Origin: an uncultured archaeon
GTDB lineage: Archaea; Micrarchaeota; Micrarchaeia; Anstonellales; Anstonellaceae
Assembly: GCA_902384555.1 (NCBI GenBank)
Contig: CABMCD010000002.1
Location: 1,151 to 65,150 of the forward strand
DNA: 64,000 nt
Direction: 5' to 3'
The translations under genes and the position numbers were made by a program. Below are positions 1-8,999 of the stretch, one piece after another. The notes under the pieces were generated by a model. That model worked only from the letters and a program-made list of their open reading frames with translations, was not told where the DNA came from and did no database searches. The stretch's first letter is position 1, and every line of letters starts with the position of its first letter.

Positions 1-16
1 CCGCGCCCCAGTACGA

Positions 17-301
17 TTAGCCGGGGAAATCCGAGACAAATTCGGCCTGCAAATCCGACCAGGTCTGGGGATTTTTCTCCGCTTCGGCCGCCTTGCGGCA
101 GCGGGCCGCATCCTCTTTGCGGCCCAGCGAGTCGAAGAGGAGGGCCGCCTTTTCATATGCCCCGCCGTTTTCCAAAGCCAGGGCCGCCTTGTCCTTCTGG
201 CCGATTGTTTCGTAGATTTCGGCCGCCTTCACAAAGAGTTTCTTGCCCTCGAGGCGCTGGGCCTTGGCCATGAGTTCGTCAGATGAGAGCGCGTCTGCCA
301 T
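17..301 (-). CDS. Small helical-repeat (TPR-like) hypothetical protein
   Basis: 94 aa; repeated KAAEIYE/KAALLFD-type helices; shares a divergent promoter region (TTTTTATAT at ~321-329) with the next gene. Confidence 0.6.
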   Translation of the reverse strand: MADALSSDELMAKAQRLEGKKLFVKAAEIYETIGQKDKAALALENGGAYEKAALLFDSLGRKEDAARCRKAAEAEKNPQTWSDLQAEFVSDFPG

Positions 302-360
302 GGGCGGATATGGGATGCTCTTTTTATATGGCTTATCGCCCTTTATCGGACGTGATACTC

Positions 361-1749
361 ATGGTCCGAAAAGAGCGCGATTTCTTAGGCGAAGTGGAAG
401 TGCCCGAAGACGTGTATTGGGGCGTTTTCACCAAGCGGGCGGCGGGCAATTTCACCCTCAGCGGGCGCAAGGCGCGGCCGGTGCTGATTCATGCGCTTGG
501 GCGCATCAAGGAGGCGGCCGCGCAGGTGCACGGCGAGCTGGGGCAGCTGCCGGCCAACAAGGCGCAGGCGATTGAGCAGGCCGCGCGCGAGGTGGCGGAA
601 GGCAAGTTCGACGACCAGTTCCCGCTCGACGCGATTCAGGCCGGGGCGGGCACGCCCTTCAACATGAACTGCAATGAGGTAATCGCCAACCGCGCGCTGG
701 AAATTCTGGGCCGCGGCCGCGGAGATTATGACTACATCCACCCCAACAACGACGTCAACAAGAGCCAGTCCTCCAACGACGTCATTCCGACCGCGATTCG
801 CCTCGCGGTGCTGATGGGCAACCCCTCGCTGGATGCGGCCGGCCTGAAATTGCAGGAGTCGCTCAAGGCCAAGGCCAAGCAGTACGAACACGTGGTGATG
901 ACGGGGCGCACGCATTTGCAGGATGCCGTGCCGATTACCATGGGCCAGATTTTCGACGCCTATGCCCTCTCGATTGAGCACGACCGAAACGAGCTGGCGC
1001 ACGCCTGCATCCGCGTGGGAGTCTTGGGCATCGGCGGCACGGCCGTGGGCACGGGCCTGAACACGCACCCGAAATTCCGCGCGCTGATGGTCAAGCACCT
1101 GGCGAAGAACACCGGCGTGCGCGTGACGCCCGCCATCTCCCCGGTGGAGCTGACCTCGAGCATGAACGCCTTCTTGGTCTACGGCTCGGCGCTGGAGCAG
1201 ATGGCCACCACCCTGCACCGCATTTCCATGGACCTGCAAATCCTCTCCTCCGGCCCGCGCGCCGGCATCGGCGAAATCCGGCTTCCGGAAGTGGAGCCCG
1301 GCTCCTCCATCATGCCCGGCAAAATCAACCCGTCCATTGCGGAGGCGGCCGAGATGGCGGCCCTGCAAATCGTGGGGCGCGTGCGCACGGCGGCCGACGG
1401 CTGCCGGGGCGGGCGGCTGCAGCTCAACGTGCTCACCCCCCTCATCATGCACAACCTGCTCTCGGCCCAGCGCCTGGCGGCGCACACCTGCGACATGATG
1501 CGCACCCAGTGCATCGACGGCCTGTCGCCCAACGAGGAGCGCATCCGCAAGCATCTGGAGGACGGGCTGATGATTGCGACCTCCCTCGCGCCCAAATTCG
1601 GCTACAACCAAGTGTCGGAGTGGGTGAAGGAGGCCGACAAGCGCGGGCTGGCCATCAAAACGGTGATTTTGGAAAAGAAAGTGATTTCCGAAAAAGAGCT
1701 GGACAAGCTTTTGGACCCCTCGAAGCTGGTGGGGCCCAGCGAGAAGTAG
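361..1749 (+). CDS. Class II fumarate hydratase / aspartate ammonia-lyase family protein
   Basis: GRTHLQDAVP, GSSIMPGKINP signature loop, HPNNDVNKSQSSND; start moved to ATG 361; motifs do not separate fumC from aspA. Confidence 0.9.
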   Translation: MVRKERDFLGEVEVPEDVYWGVFTKRAAGNFTLSGRKARPVLIHALGRIKEAAAQVHGELGQLPANKAQAIEQAAREVAEGKFDDQFPLDAIQAGAGTPFNMNCNEVIANRALEILGRGRGDYDYIHPNNDVNKSQSSNDVIPTAIRLAVLMGNPSLDAAGLKLQESLKAKAKQYEHVVMTGRTHLQDAVPITMGQIFDAYALSIEHDRNELAHACIRVGVLGIGGTAVGTGLNTHPKFRALMVKHLAKNTGVRVTPAISPVELTSSMNAFLVYGSALEQMATTLHRISMDLQILSSGPRAGIGEIRLPEVEPGSSIMPGKINPSIAEAAEMAALQIVGRVRTAADGCRGGRLQLNVLTPLIMHNLLSAQRLAAHTCDMMRTQCIDGLSPNEERIRKHLEDGLMIATSLAPKFGYNQVSEWVKEADKRGLAIKTVILEKKVISEKELDKLLDPSKLVGPSEK

Positions 1750-1779
1750 AAAAAGCGGCCCCGCGCGCTTCTTTTGGCG

Positions 1780-2958
1780 CTAAGCCCGCGCCAATCCTTC
1801 CTTTTTCGCCGCCTTCATCACGGCTTTGGCCACCACTTTGGCCAGCTTCTTGTCGAAGGGGTCGGGCACGATTTTCTGCGCGGACAGGCCCTCCTTTTGG
1901 GCCAGCTTGGCGATGGCCTGCGCGGCCGCCAGCTTCATGCCCATGCTCACGCGCTTGGCGCGGCAGTCCAGAAGGCCGCGGAAGATGCCGGGGAAGCCCA
2001 GCGCATTGTTGATTTGGTTGGGCAAATCCGAGCGGCCGGAGCCGTAGATGAACGCGCCGCCGGCCTGCGCGGCTTCGGGAGAGATTTCGGGAGTGGGATT
2101 GGATAATGCGAAGACGATGGGCTTTTCCGCCATCGTTTTGATGTCTTCGGCTTTCAAGATGTTGGGAGCCGAGGCGCCCACGAACACGTCCGCGCCGGCC
2201 AGCAATTGCTTGAGAGAAACGGGCTCGGACGGCTCCAAAATGGGCAGCAGCTCCTTTTTGTATTCCTCGAGGTCGCTTCGCGGGCGGCATACGGCGCCCT
2301 TTGAATCGGCAATCGAGATTTTCCTAAAGCCGTAGGCATGGAAGAGGCGCGCAATCGCCACCCCGGCCGCGCCGCAGCCGGAAATGACAATCTTGACCGA
2401 TTTCTTGTCCTCTCTTGCAGTCAGTTTCAAGGCATTAATCAGCCCGGCCAGCGCCACGATGGCGGTGCCGTGCTGGTCGTCATGGAAGACGGGCACGTCC
2501 AGCATGGATTCGAGCCGCTTCTCAATCGCGAAGCATTTGGGGGAGGAGAAGTCCTCGAGCAGGATGGCGCCGAAGGAGGGGGCGATGGCTTTGACCACGG
2601 CCACGATTTCATCCTCGTTTTTGGTGTCCAGGCACAGCGGCACCGCATCCACGTTTCCGAAGGACTTGAGCAGCATGCACTTGCCCTCCATCACCGGCAG
2701 GGCTCCGAGCGGGCCGATGTCGCCCAGCCCCAACACGCGCGTGCCGTCCGACACCACGCAGGCCAGCCTCCCCTTGCAGGTGAGGTCGAAGGCCGTTTCG
2801 GGATGGTCGCGCACGTGCAGCGACACGTCGGCCACGCCCGGCGTGTAGGCCAGCGCGAGGGTGTGCCGGTCCGCCACCTTGTAGAGGGATTTGACGGCGA
2901 TTTTGCCCATGAATTTCTTGTGCAGTTCGATGGCTTCCTTGCCCAAATCAGACACCAT
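1780..2958 (-). CDS. mae: NAD(P)-dependent malic enzyme (short prokaryotic type)
   Basis: AYTPGVA, VSDGTRVLGLGDIGP, PVMEGK, FHDDQHGTA, GAAG, SNPTPEI, NQINNALGFPGIFRG. Confidence 0.93.
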   Translation of the reverse strand: MVSDLGKEAIELHKKFMGKIAVKSLYKVADRHTLALAYTPGVADVSLHVRDHPETAFDLTCKGRLACVVSDGTRVLGLGDIGPLGALPVMEGKCMLLKSFGNVDAVPLCLDTKNEDEIVAVVKAIAPSFGAILLEDFSSPKCFAIEKRLESMLDVPVFHDDQHGTAIVALAGLINALKLTAREDKKSVKIVISGCGAAGVAIARLFHAYGFRKISIADSKGAVCRPRSDLEEYKKELLPILEPSEPVSLKQLLAGADVFVGASAPNILKAEDIKTMAEKPIVFALSNPTPEISPEAAQAGGAFIYGSGRSDLPNQINNALGFPGIFRGLLDCRAKRVSMGMKLAAAQAIAKLAQKEGLSAQKIVPDPFDKKLAKVVAKAVMKAAKKEGLARA

Positions 2959-2981
2959 AGCGATACCTTACCATCCGGGGA

Positions 2982-3770
2982 TTACCATTCGATTTGAGTG
3001 CAAATCGTTTTCTTTCCCTGCAAAAGGGCTTCGAGCCGCTCGGGCTGGAGGGCATTGGCCACATAGGCCGACACCTTGACGGAGAGCAGCTCTTTCACCT
3101 TGCCGGCCATGCCGCCCGTGACATCGGGGGAATCGGACGGGCGCAGGTGGGATTCGTATTTGGCGAAATTCTGGCTGGTGATGAGCGGGATGACTTTTCC
3201 GTCCGCCAGCACGCCGTCCACGTCTGAGCCCAGCACGATTCGCTCGGCCTTTTTGCCCAAGCGGGCCACCAGCTGGTCGCCGGAGCAGACCGAGAAGCCC
3301 AAGGAGGCGTCGGGCACCATGTCGCCGCGCAGGATGGGCAGGTAGCCGGCCGCGAGGCAGGACAGAACCTTCTTTTCATCGAATTTGGAGATGCGCTTGT
3401 TGGTTGAAACCGCCAACAAGCCGGTGGGCAATACCATGGCCGGCACGCCCTCGTCCAGCAGGGCTTGGGCCACGATGGCGCTCAGTTTGGCGCAGGCGGC
3501 GCGCGTCTGGGCACAGGCCAGCTTCTGCGCCTCGGTTTTCACGCCGTTGTCGAGCCGGTGCTGGATGACAAGAGCATGCCCGAACGAGCCGGCGCCATGC
3601 ACCAGCACGATGTCGCGCACCCCGGATTTCCACAAGCCGCCCAGCATCTTGGCGAGGCGGCGGATGGCTTCCAAGTCCGCAGTCTGGGGCCGGTCTTTTT
3701 GGGTGATGACGCTGCCGCCGAGCTTGAGGATTTGCATAAGGGGAACTGGAAGAAATGGGTTAATAATCAC
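2982..3770 (-). CDS. ipk: Isopentenyl phosphate kinase (amino-acid kinase family)
   Basis: LKLGGSVIT, VHGAGSFGH (IPK His), GDMV, SGDQ, DVTGGMAGKV; start is GTG 3770 (GTGA overlap with upstream stop) or ATG 3737. Confidence 0.88.
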   Translation of the reverse strand: MIINPFLPVPLMQILKLGGSVITQKDRPQTADLEAIRRLAKMLGGLWKSGVRDIVLVHGAGSFGHALVIQHRLDNGVKTEAQKLACAQTRAACAKLSAIVAQALLDEGVPAMVLPTGLLAVSTNKRISKFDEKKVLSCLAAGYLPILRGDMVPDASLGFSVCSGDQLVARLGKKAERIVLGSDVDGVLADGKVIPLITSQNFAKYESHLRPSDSPDVTGGMAGKVKELLSVKVSAYVANALQPERLEALLQGKKTICTQIEW

Positions 3771-4744
3771 AATCCCAACTGACAGGCGTATTCGGCTATG
3801 AACGAAGCCATGCCCACCCGCTCCACCACCGGAATTTCAGCTTTCTCGGCCTGCCGATAGTGCAAATCAAAGGCATAGCCGCCCTTGACGATGAAGATGG
3901 TGTTGAAGCCGGCGGCGCGCATGCCGGCCACCTCGTCGGCGTTGTACATGTCGTCCAAGCGCCACACGCGCCGGGGCGGGACGCCTTCCAGCTCGGCGCT
4001 GATTTCCAGCTGCCCGGCCTTGCTCTTCTTGTCGCCCATGCGCTCCTTGCCGATGATGCACTCGCGGCGAATCATGCACTTGCGGGCCCCGAACATGACG
4101 CGGTCTTCTTCGCTGAGCGCGATGTCGTGCGCTTCCAGAAAGCCGGCGAGGGGGCTGCTGTAGGCCCGGCACAAATCCCAGGTGGATTGCTCGTCCTTGC
4201 TGGTGACCAGGTGAATGGTGTAGCCATGCTGGTTGAGAATCCGCAGCTCGGAGAGAGTGTCTATGAACGGCTCCTGCAGCAGGAACCACTCGGCCTCGCT
4301 CTGGGCTTGGCGGGCCTTGCGCTCATCGTAGAAATATTGGTCGAAAATCAAGCGCTCGGGTGCGGTTTGCGCCTTCTTTTCCTCGAATTTTTTGGTGAAG
4401 AAGGCCACAACCGCATCGTCTTTGGATTGGATGATGTGGCGGGCTTCGTTGGGCCAATCCGAAATCAATTGCAGGATGTTGAGATAATCGGCCGCCTTTT
4501 TCACCAGCGGGCGCAGGGCCACGAAGGCCTGCACCGTCTCGGACTGGTTGATGGCCTCGACTTCGCGGAACTCCTTCATGTCCAGCATGCGCCCGAAAAA
4601 GGACGGACCCTTGAGCAATTTTTCGGCCAGCATCCGCTGGTGCGCGTTGAGCGAGATGTAGGCGCATTCGCGCACGCCGTTGTTGAAAACGCCCTCGATG
4701 GAGGAGGCGATGACCAGATTGCCTTTGGGCCGGTAGATGGCCAT
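3767..4744 (-). CDS. HAD-like fold protein with degenerate motif I
   Basis: SSIEGVFNNG where DxDG is expected, IHLVTSK (motif II-like), RLDD (motif IV-like), KGGY. Confidence 0.5.
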   Translation of the reverse strand: MAIYRPKGNLVIASSIEGVFNNGVRECAYISLNAHQRMLAEKLLKGPSFFGRMLDMKEFREVEAINQSETVQAFVALRPLVKKAADYLNILQLISDWPNEARHIIQSKDDAVVAFFTKKFEEKKAQTAPERLIFDQYFYDERKARQAQSEAEWFLLQEPFIDTLSELRILNQHGYTIHLVTSKDEQSTWDLCRAYSSPLAGFLEAHDIALSEEDRVMFGARKCMIRRECIIGKERMGDKKSKAGQLEISAELEGVPPRRVWRLDDMYNADEVAGMRAAGFNTIFIVKGGYAFDLHYRQAEKAEIPVVERVGMASFIAEYACQLGL

Positions 4745-4819
4745 AAGTTGTCCCGCTAGGGTTTGATGCGTTTATTGGGGATTTGGGGGTTTTAAATTTC
4801 GCCTGCCCAAAAGGAGACC

Positions 4820-5353
4820 ATGCGCATTCTTCTTTGCATCACCGGCGCGTCCGGCCTTGTGTATGGGACACGGCTGGCCCAGCATTTGCGCGAAGCCAAA
4901 CAAGATGTTAGAATAGTCATTTCTTCTGGAGCCAAGGAAGTGGCCAAGGCCGAAAAAGCAGTCCTGCCCGCGCCCGATTTCTCTGAATCCGATTTCTCCT
5001 GCCCCTATGCTTCGGGCTCCAATGCGGCCGATGCCGTGGTGGTGTGCCCCTGCTCGCTCAAAACACTTGGAGAAATAGCCCATGGCGTCGGCTCCTCGCT
5101 CACCACCCGCGCGGCCGAGGTGGCGCTCAAAGAGAGGAAAAAGCTGGTTTTGGTGGTGCGCGAAACGCCTTATTCGCTTATTGCGATAGAGAACATGAAA
5201 CTCGTCACGCTGGCGGGCGGCATCATCCTGCCCGCCTCGCCCGGCTTCTACCACCAGCCGCAGACCATCGAGCAATTGGTGGATTTCATCTGCGGCAAAG
5301 TGATGGACCAGATAGGGGTGGAGCACAAGCTGTTCAAGAGATGGAAGGAATAG
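4820..5353 (+). CDS. ubiX: Flavin prenyltransferase UbiX
   Basis: CITGASG, ASGS, CPCSLKTL, RAAEVALKERKKLVLVVRETP, PASPGFY. Confidence 0.95.
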   Translation: MRILLCITGASGLVYGTRLAQHLREAKQDVRIVISSGAKEVAKAEKAVLPAPDFSESDFSCPYASGSNAADAVVVCPCSLKTLGEIAHGVGSSLTTRAAEVALKERKKLVLVVRETPYSLIAIENMKLVTLAGGIILPASPGFYHQPQTIEQLVDFICGKVMDQIGVEHKLFKRWKE

Positions 5354-5443
5354 GGCCGGGCGCACGGAACAAATACTGGCTGCCCGCAATGCCTGAAAAT
5401 CACGTCATACAAATCATTATTAACATCCGAATCCCTCGCGAAT

Positions 5444-6637
5444 GTGGGCCGAATTTTCCTCCCGGCGAATGTGATGGATGAAATCAGCGAAGGAAGCATC
5501 AGTTGGGGAGAGGTCATCGGCCCCGGCGTGCGCATGCGGCGCGGGGGCAAGCTCCTGCCGCCCCTGATTCCGAACCGGGAACTCAAGTTTTCCGATTTGC
5601 AGAAAAACCGCCCCATTCTGGAGGACGGCGACTCCATCCTTACGGGCCCCGGCTCGATGACTTCCCTGAGCGCCAGCGGCTATGAGGACCGGACGAAGAA
5701 GCTCCCGGCCTCCACCATGCTCTCCATTTTCCCCAACAGCGAGTTGAAACTGGGCGTCGGCGGATACGAATACACGGCCAAGAATGAACACCGCGTCTGC
5801 CGGACGATTACCCGCGTCGAGCTGGTGCGGGGCATTTTCGCGGTGGACACCACCGGCGAGCTGCTCACACCCCGGGCCGAATTCCGCCATCCGCTGGAGG
5901 GGCGCTATGCGTCCGACCGCAGCACCGGCTTCCTCTCCATCGAGGCACTGGCAGACGGTTCCACTTACTTCTACACCCACACCTTCTGCACATACGGCGG
6001 GCTTGACGTGGCGGCGCGCAAGGGGGGCCGGCATTTCATGGTGGTGCCGCCCCGCGACCCCAAGCGGGACGTGCCGGTTTTCCAGAAAGAGGGGGCCGTG
6101 ATGGCGGAGGGCATCTATGTCAAGCCCTTCACCCAGACCGACGAGCGGATGCAGAAAATCGCCAAATACGCCCTAACGGCCGGCCGTGACGTGTATGGCG
6201 TCAAGGACGCAGATGAGATTATCCACCAAGGCGAGCAGAACGCGCGCAACATGCCGCAAAACATCGATATGCAGGCCGCCAGCATCGGGGCGGCGATGGA
6301 GATGGCACTCAAGCTCAAGGGCATGAACAAGGCGGAGCTGATGGCCTTGGGCGTGTCGGCCGAACAGGCTGAACAGATGCAGAAAAGCGCGGCCGGCATG
6401 GACGAGGCCAAGATGAAGGAAATGTCGGCCAAAATGCAGGAAGGCTTTGGACAGATGCAGGAGAGCATGAAAAAAATGCAGGCCCAAGGATACGATTTTG
6501 GGGAAATGGCGCGCAAGGGAGCCATCGGCGCCAAGCGGATGTCGGACCGCAACCAGAAGCTCACCCAAGAGGCACTGGCCGAGCTGGCCGCCCTGCCGCC
6601 CTACCCGCCGCTCAAGGCCGAGTGGAAGAAAGCGTGA
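5444..6637 (+). CDS. Hypothetical protein with FecR-like beta domain and helical Met/Gln-rich C-terminus
   Basis: LEDGDSILTGPGS, IFPNSELKL, VELVRG, LTPRA resemble the FecR pattern; no signal peptide or TM helix seen. Confidence 0.55.
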   Translation: MGRIFLPANVMDEISEGSISWGEVIGPGVRMRRGGKLLPPLIPNRELKFSDLQKNRPILEDGDSILTGPGSMTSLSASGYEDRTKKLPASTMLSIFPNSELKLGVGGYEYTAKNEHRVCRTITRVELVRGIFAVDTTGELLTPRAEFRHPLEGRYASDRSTGFLSIEALADGSTYFYTHTFCTYGGLDVAARKGGRHFMVVPPRDPKRDVPVFQKEGAVMAEGIYVKPFTQTDERMQKIAKYALTAGRDVYGVKDADEIIHQGEQNARNMPQNIDMQAASIGAAMEMALKLKGMNKAELMALGVSAEQAEQMQKSAAGMDEAKMKEMSAKMQEGFGQMQESMKKMQAQGYDFGEMARKGAIGAKRMSDRNQKLTQEALAELAALPPYPPLKAEWKKA

Positions 6638-6648
6638 GGAATGAGCCG

Positions 6649-8220
6649 ATGGCCCGAAAAAACAAGAAAGAAAAAACCGCGCAGCCCCCGAAAGCCGCGG
6701 CGGCTTCCTTGTCGAAAAACCGGCAGGCGCCGGCCGGGCTTGACCTGACTTCCCTCCCGCCCGGCGTGGACAAAAAGAAGATGGCCGAACTCGTGGAGCT
6801 GGCCAAAAAGCTCAATCCAGTGCAGCAGAAGATGGCCGATATGCAGGCCAAGAACAAGGCCGAGCCGACCCCCGACTACCGCAAGCTCGCGCGCGAGGAG
6901 GACGCGGCCGAATATCAGAAGAAGCTGGCCGCCCCGCCGCGCATCATCCATTTCGTGAACGGCGGCTCCGTCGAGCCGGACGGCCGGGGCAAGGAAAAAC
7001 CGGGCGGCGGCGGGTTCGAGCCGGGCCCCAAGCTGCAGTTCGTGCAGGATTATGACGCGCGCGAATACCGCGTGTTCGGCGAAGCGCATATCGTGCGGGG
7101 CGGGGCGCGCATCCGCCTCTACGATTATTACTTCGACCGGGGCAAGGGGCCCGTGACGCCCGTCCGGGATGGGGACGTCATCGAAACCAAGGCCGGCTCG
7201 TATGTGTGGGGCCTCAAGAGCGTGCGCAACCCCATGCGGGGGGAAGGCGAGGACGAGGACTATTTCTCCATCGACATCTTCCCGAGCAGCCGCGTGCGCT
7301 TCTCGGTGGGCCACAAGAGCGGGCACCCGGACAGCAAGAACCAGGGCAGCCAATACGTCACCAACAACGTGGACGCCATTTCGTCGGCCGAACTTATGGA
7401 GGGGCTGTTCTTCATCGACATCCGCTCGAGAAAGCGGGTGGACGACCAGCTGGCCGGGGGGCCGGGATGCCCGAAATTCGAGGTGGGCCCGCCGCTAAGC
7501 CCGGCCGGGAACGAGGTGGGCAAGAGCCTGGAAAAAGTGCTGAAGGCCGGCCTCAACCTCCCGGCCGGCGTGCGGGCCAAATACGAGGACATGCTCACGC
7601 AGGCCAAGGAGGCGTCCTCCGGCCGGGGTTCGGGCAGGACCTTCCGCGGCTTTGTCGAGGTGAAGGGCGGCACGGTGTCTTTCATCGGATGCCTCAACTC
7701 GATTCGCGACCCGGCAGGCGGCAAAACGGCCACCGGCTACGCCTTCAGCCCCCAGATTTCGCGCGGGCTGGGGCGGGGCGAGCCGCTGCTGGCCAGCCTC
7801 TCCAATGCCATGAAAGTGGCCCTCGGCCCCGGCGGGCTGGTCGAAACCGACCTCTCCAAAAACCCGGACGGGCGGTGCACCGCCATTGCGCGCCGCCACG
7901 ACGTGGCGCTGCCCGGATACGTGGCGGCGGTGGAGGCCCGCGAGGAACTCAAGAAGTTCAAGCAGATAACGCCAGTCGAGCAGAAGGCGCAGCAGGAGCG
8001 CGGCATCCAAGAAGCGGAGGACATGCTGCGGGACGCCAAGGCCATGGACGAGCCGGAGCTGGTGAAGACGGCCCAAATCATGCTGGAGCAGGCCAAACGC
8101 GGCGGGTTCGCCGAAGTGAACGCGGCCGAGGTGCAAATGTCGGCCAAGAAGAAACAGATGCTGCAGGAGCAGGCGGACAAGGAGGAAGAATGGGCCCGCG
8201 AACTGCGCTCGCCGCTTTGA
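6649..8220 (+). CDS. Hypothetical protein, FecR-like paralog with coiled-coil C-terminus
   Basis: VRDGDVIETKAGS, IFPSSRVRF, AELMEGLFFI; ATG 6649 lies 12 nt after the upstream stop. Confidence 0.55.
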   Translation: MARKNKKEKTAQPPKAAAASLSKNRQAPAGLDLTSLPPGVDKKKMAELVELAKKLNPVQQKMADMQAKNKAEPTPDYRKLAREEDAAEYQKKLAAPPRIIHFVNGGSVEPDGRGKEKPGGGGFEPGPKLQFVQDYDAREYRVFGEAHIVRGGARIRLYDYYFDRGKGPVTPVRDGDVIETKAGSYVWGLKSVRNPMRGEGEDEDYFSIDIFPSSRVRFSVGHKSGHPDSKNQGSQYVTNNVDAISSAELMEGLFFIDIRSRKRVDDQLAGGPGCPKFEVGPPLSPAGNEVGKSLEKVLKAGLNLPAGVRAKYEDMLTQAKEASSGRGSGRTFRGFVEVKGGTVSFIGCLNSIRDPAGGKTATGYAFSPQISRGLGRGEPLLASLSNAMKVALGPGGLVETDLSKNPDGRCTAIARRHDVALPGYVAAVEAREELKKFKQITPVEQKAQQERGIQEAEDMLRDAKAMDEPELVKTAQIMLEQAKRGGFAEVNAAEVQMSAKKKQMLQEQADKEEEWARELRSPL

Positions 8221-8235
8221 TGAAGGGGGGAGAAT

Positions 8236-8523
8236 ATGGCAGACAAAAACAAACCGGATGCCGCGCCGTTTTGCATGACAGTGCAGGCCGTATTCATGCT
8301 GGCCGGGAAAGCCGTGGTGGCGGGTTCCATCATGTCCGGCACGCTGAAGGCCGGGCAGAAAGTCAAGGCCGAGGGGGGCCGCAAGGTTTTTGTGGTGGAA
8401 AAAATCGAAATCGCCAACAAAAGCCTGCCCTCCGCCCAAGCCGGACAGATGGTGGGCTTGACGCTGGTCGGGGCAGATGCGGCGGCCCTGCCGGCCGGGA
8501 TGACGATTAAAAACGCGGACTGA
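8236..8523 (+). CDS. Stand-alone EF-Tu domain II-like beta-barrel protein
   Basis: VQAVFMLAGKAVVAGSIMSGTLKAGQKV...IEIANKSLPSAQAGQMVGLTL mirrors EF-Tu/SelB domain II; no GTPase domain. Confidence 0.7.
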   Translation: MADKNKPDAAPFCMTVQAVFMLAGKAVVAGSIMSGTLKAGQKVKAEGGRKVFVVEKIEIANKSLPSAQAGQMVGLTLVGADAAALPAGMTIKNAD

Positions 8524-8541
8524 AAATCCGCTCAAAGAGGG

Positions 8542-8832
8542 ATGCAAATGGGAATTTTGGATGGAGTCGCGAACCGCGTGAAATACGAGATGGAATGGAA
8601 GGCCGGGAATGTTATTTCGGATAAGATAGCGCAGGGGGCCGGCAAGGTGCTCAAGCCGGGCGAAGCAGACAAGGGCAAATGCCCCAAGTGCAAGAAGCCC
8701 GTCACCGACAGCAGCCTCAAATTCTGCCCCAACTGCGGCCAGAAGCTGCAGATTACCTGCGCCAAATGCAATGCCAGCTTCCCATGGGGTACGAAATTCT
8801 GCGCCCAGTGCGGCGGGGCGCTCAAGGAATAG
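8542..8832 (+). CDS. Double zinc-ribbon protein
   Basis: Four CxxC motifs: CPKC, CPNC, CAKC, CAQC. Confidence 0.8.
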   Translation: MQMGILDGVANRVKYEMEWKAGNVISDKIAQGAGKVLKPGEADKGKCPKCKKPVTDSSLKFCPNCGQKLQITCAKCNASFPWGTKFCAQCGGALKE

Positions 8833-8999
8833 ACCGCGGCCCGGGGGCAGAAGAGGCGCGAAGAAAAAGAACGCGGCTTTGCGAGCCGGGCGGCAAAAAA
8901 CCGCCCGGAGAGGCGGCGGCCGACAGCTTGGCTTGGCGCCCGAGCCCCGCCTCGCAAACCCATATAATACTCAAGCCGCTTAGCTTGCGTGGTGGGAAC

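Noticed and set aside
385-1611. Long antisense ORFs over real genes (also 9006-10163, 28651-30237, 43262-44494, 50820-53087, 53419-55731 and others)
   Set aside because: Expected shadow of high GC at third codon positions; they lack motifs and lie opposite well-supported genes.
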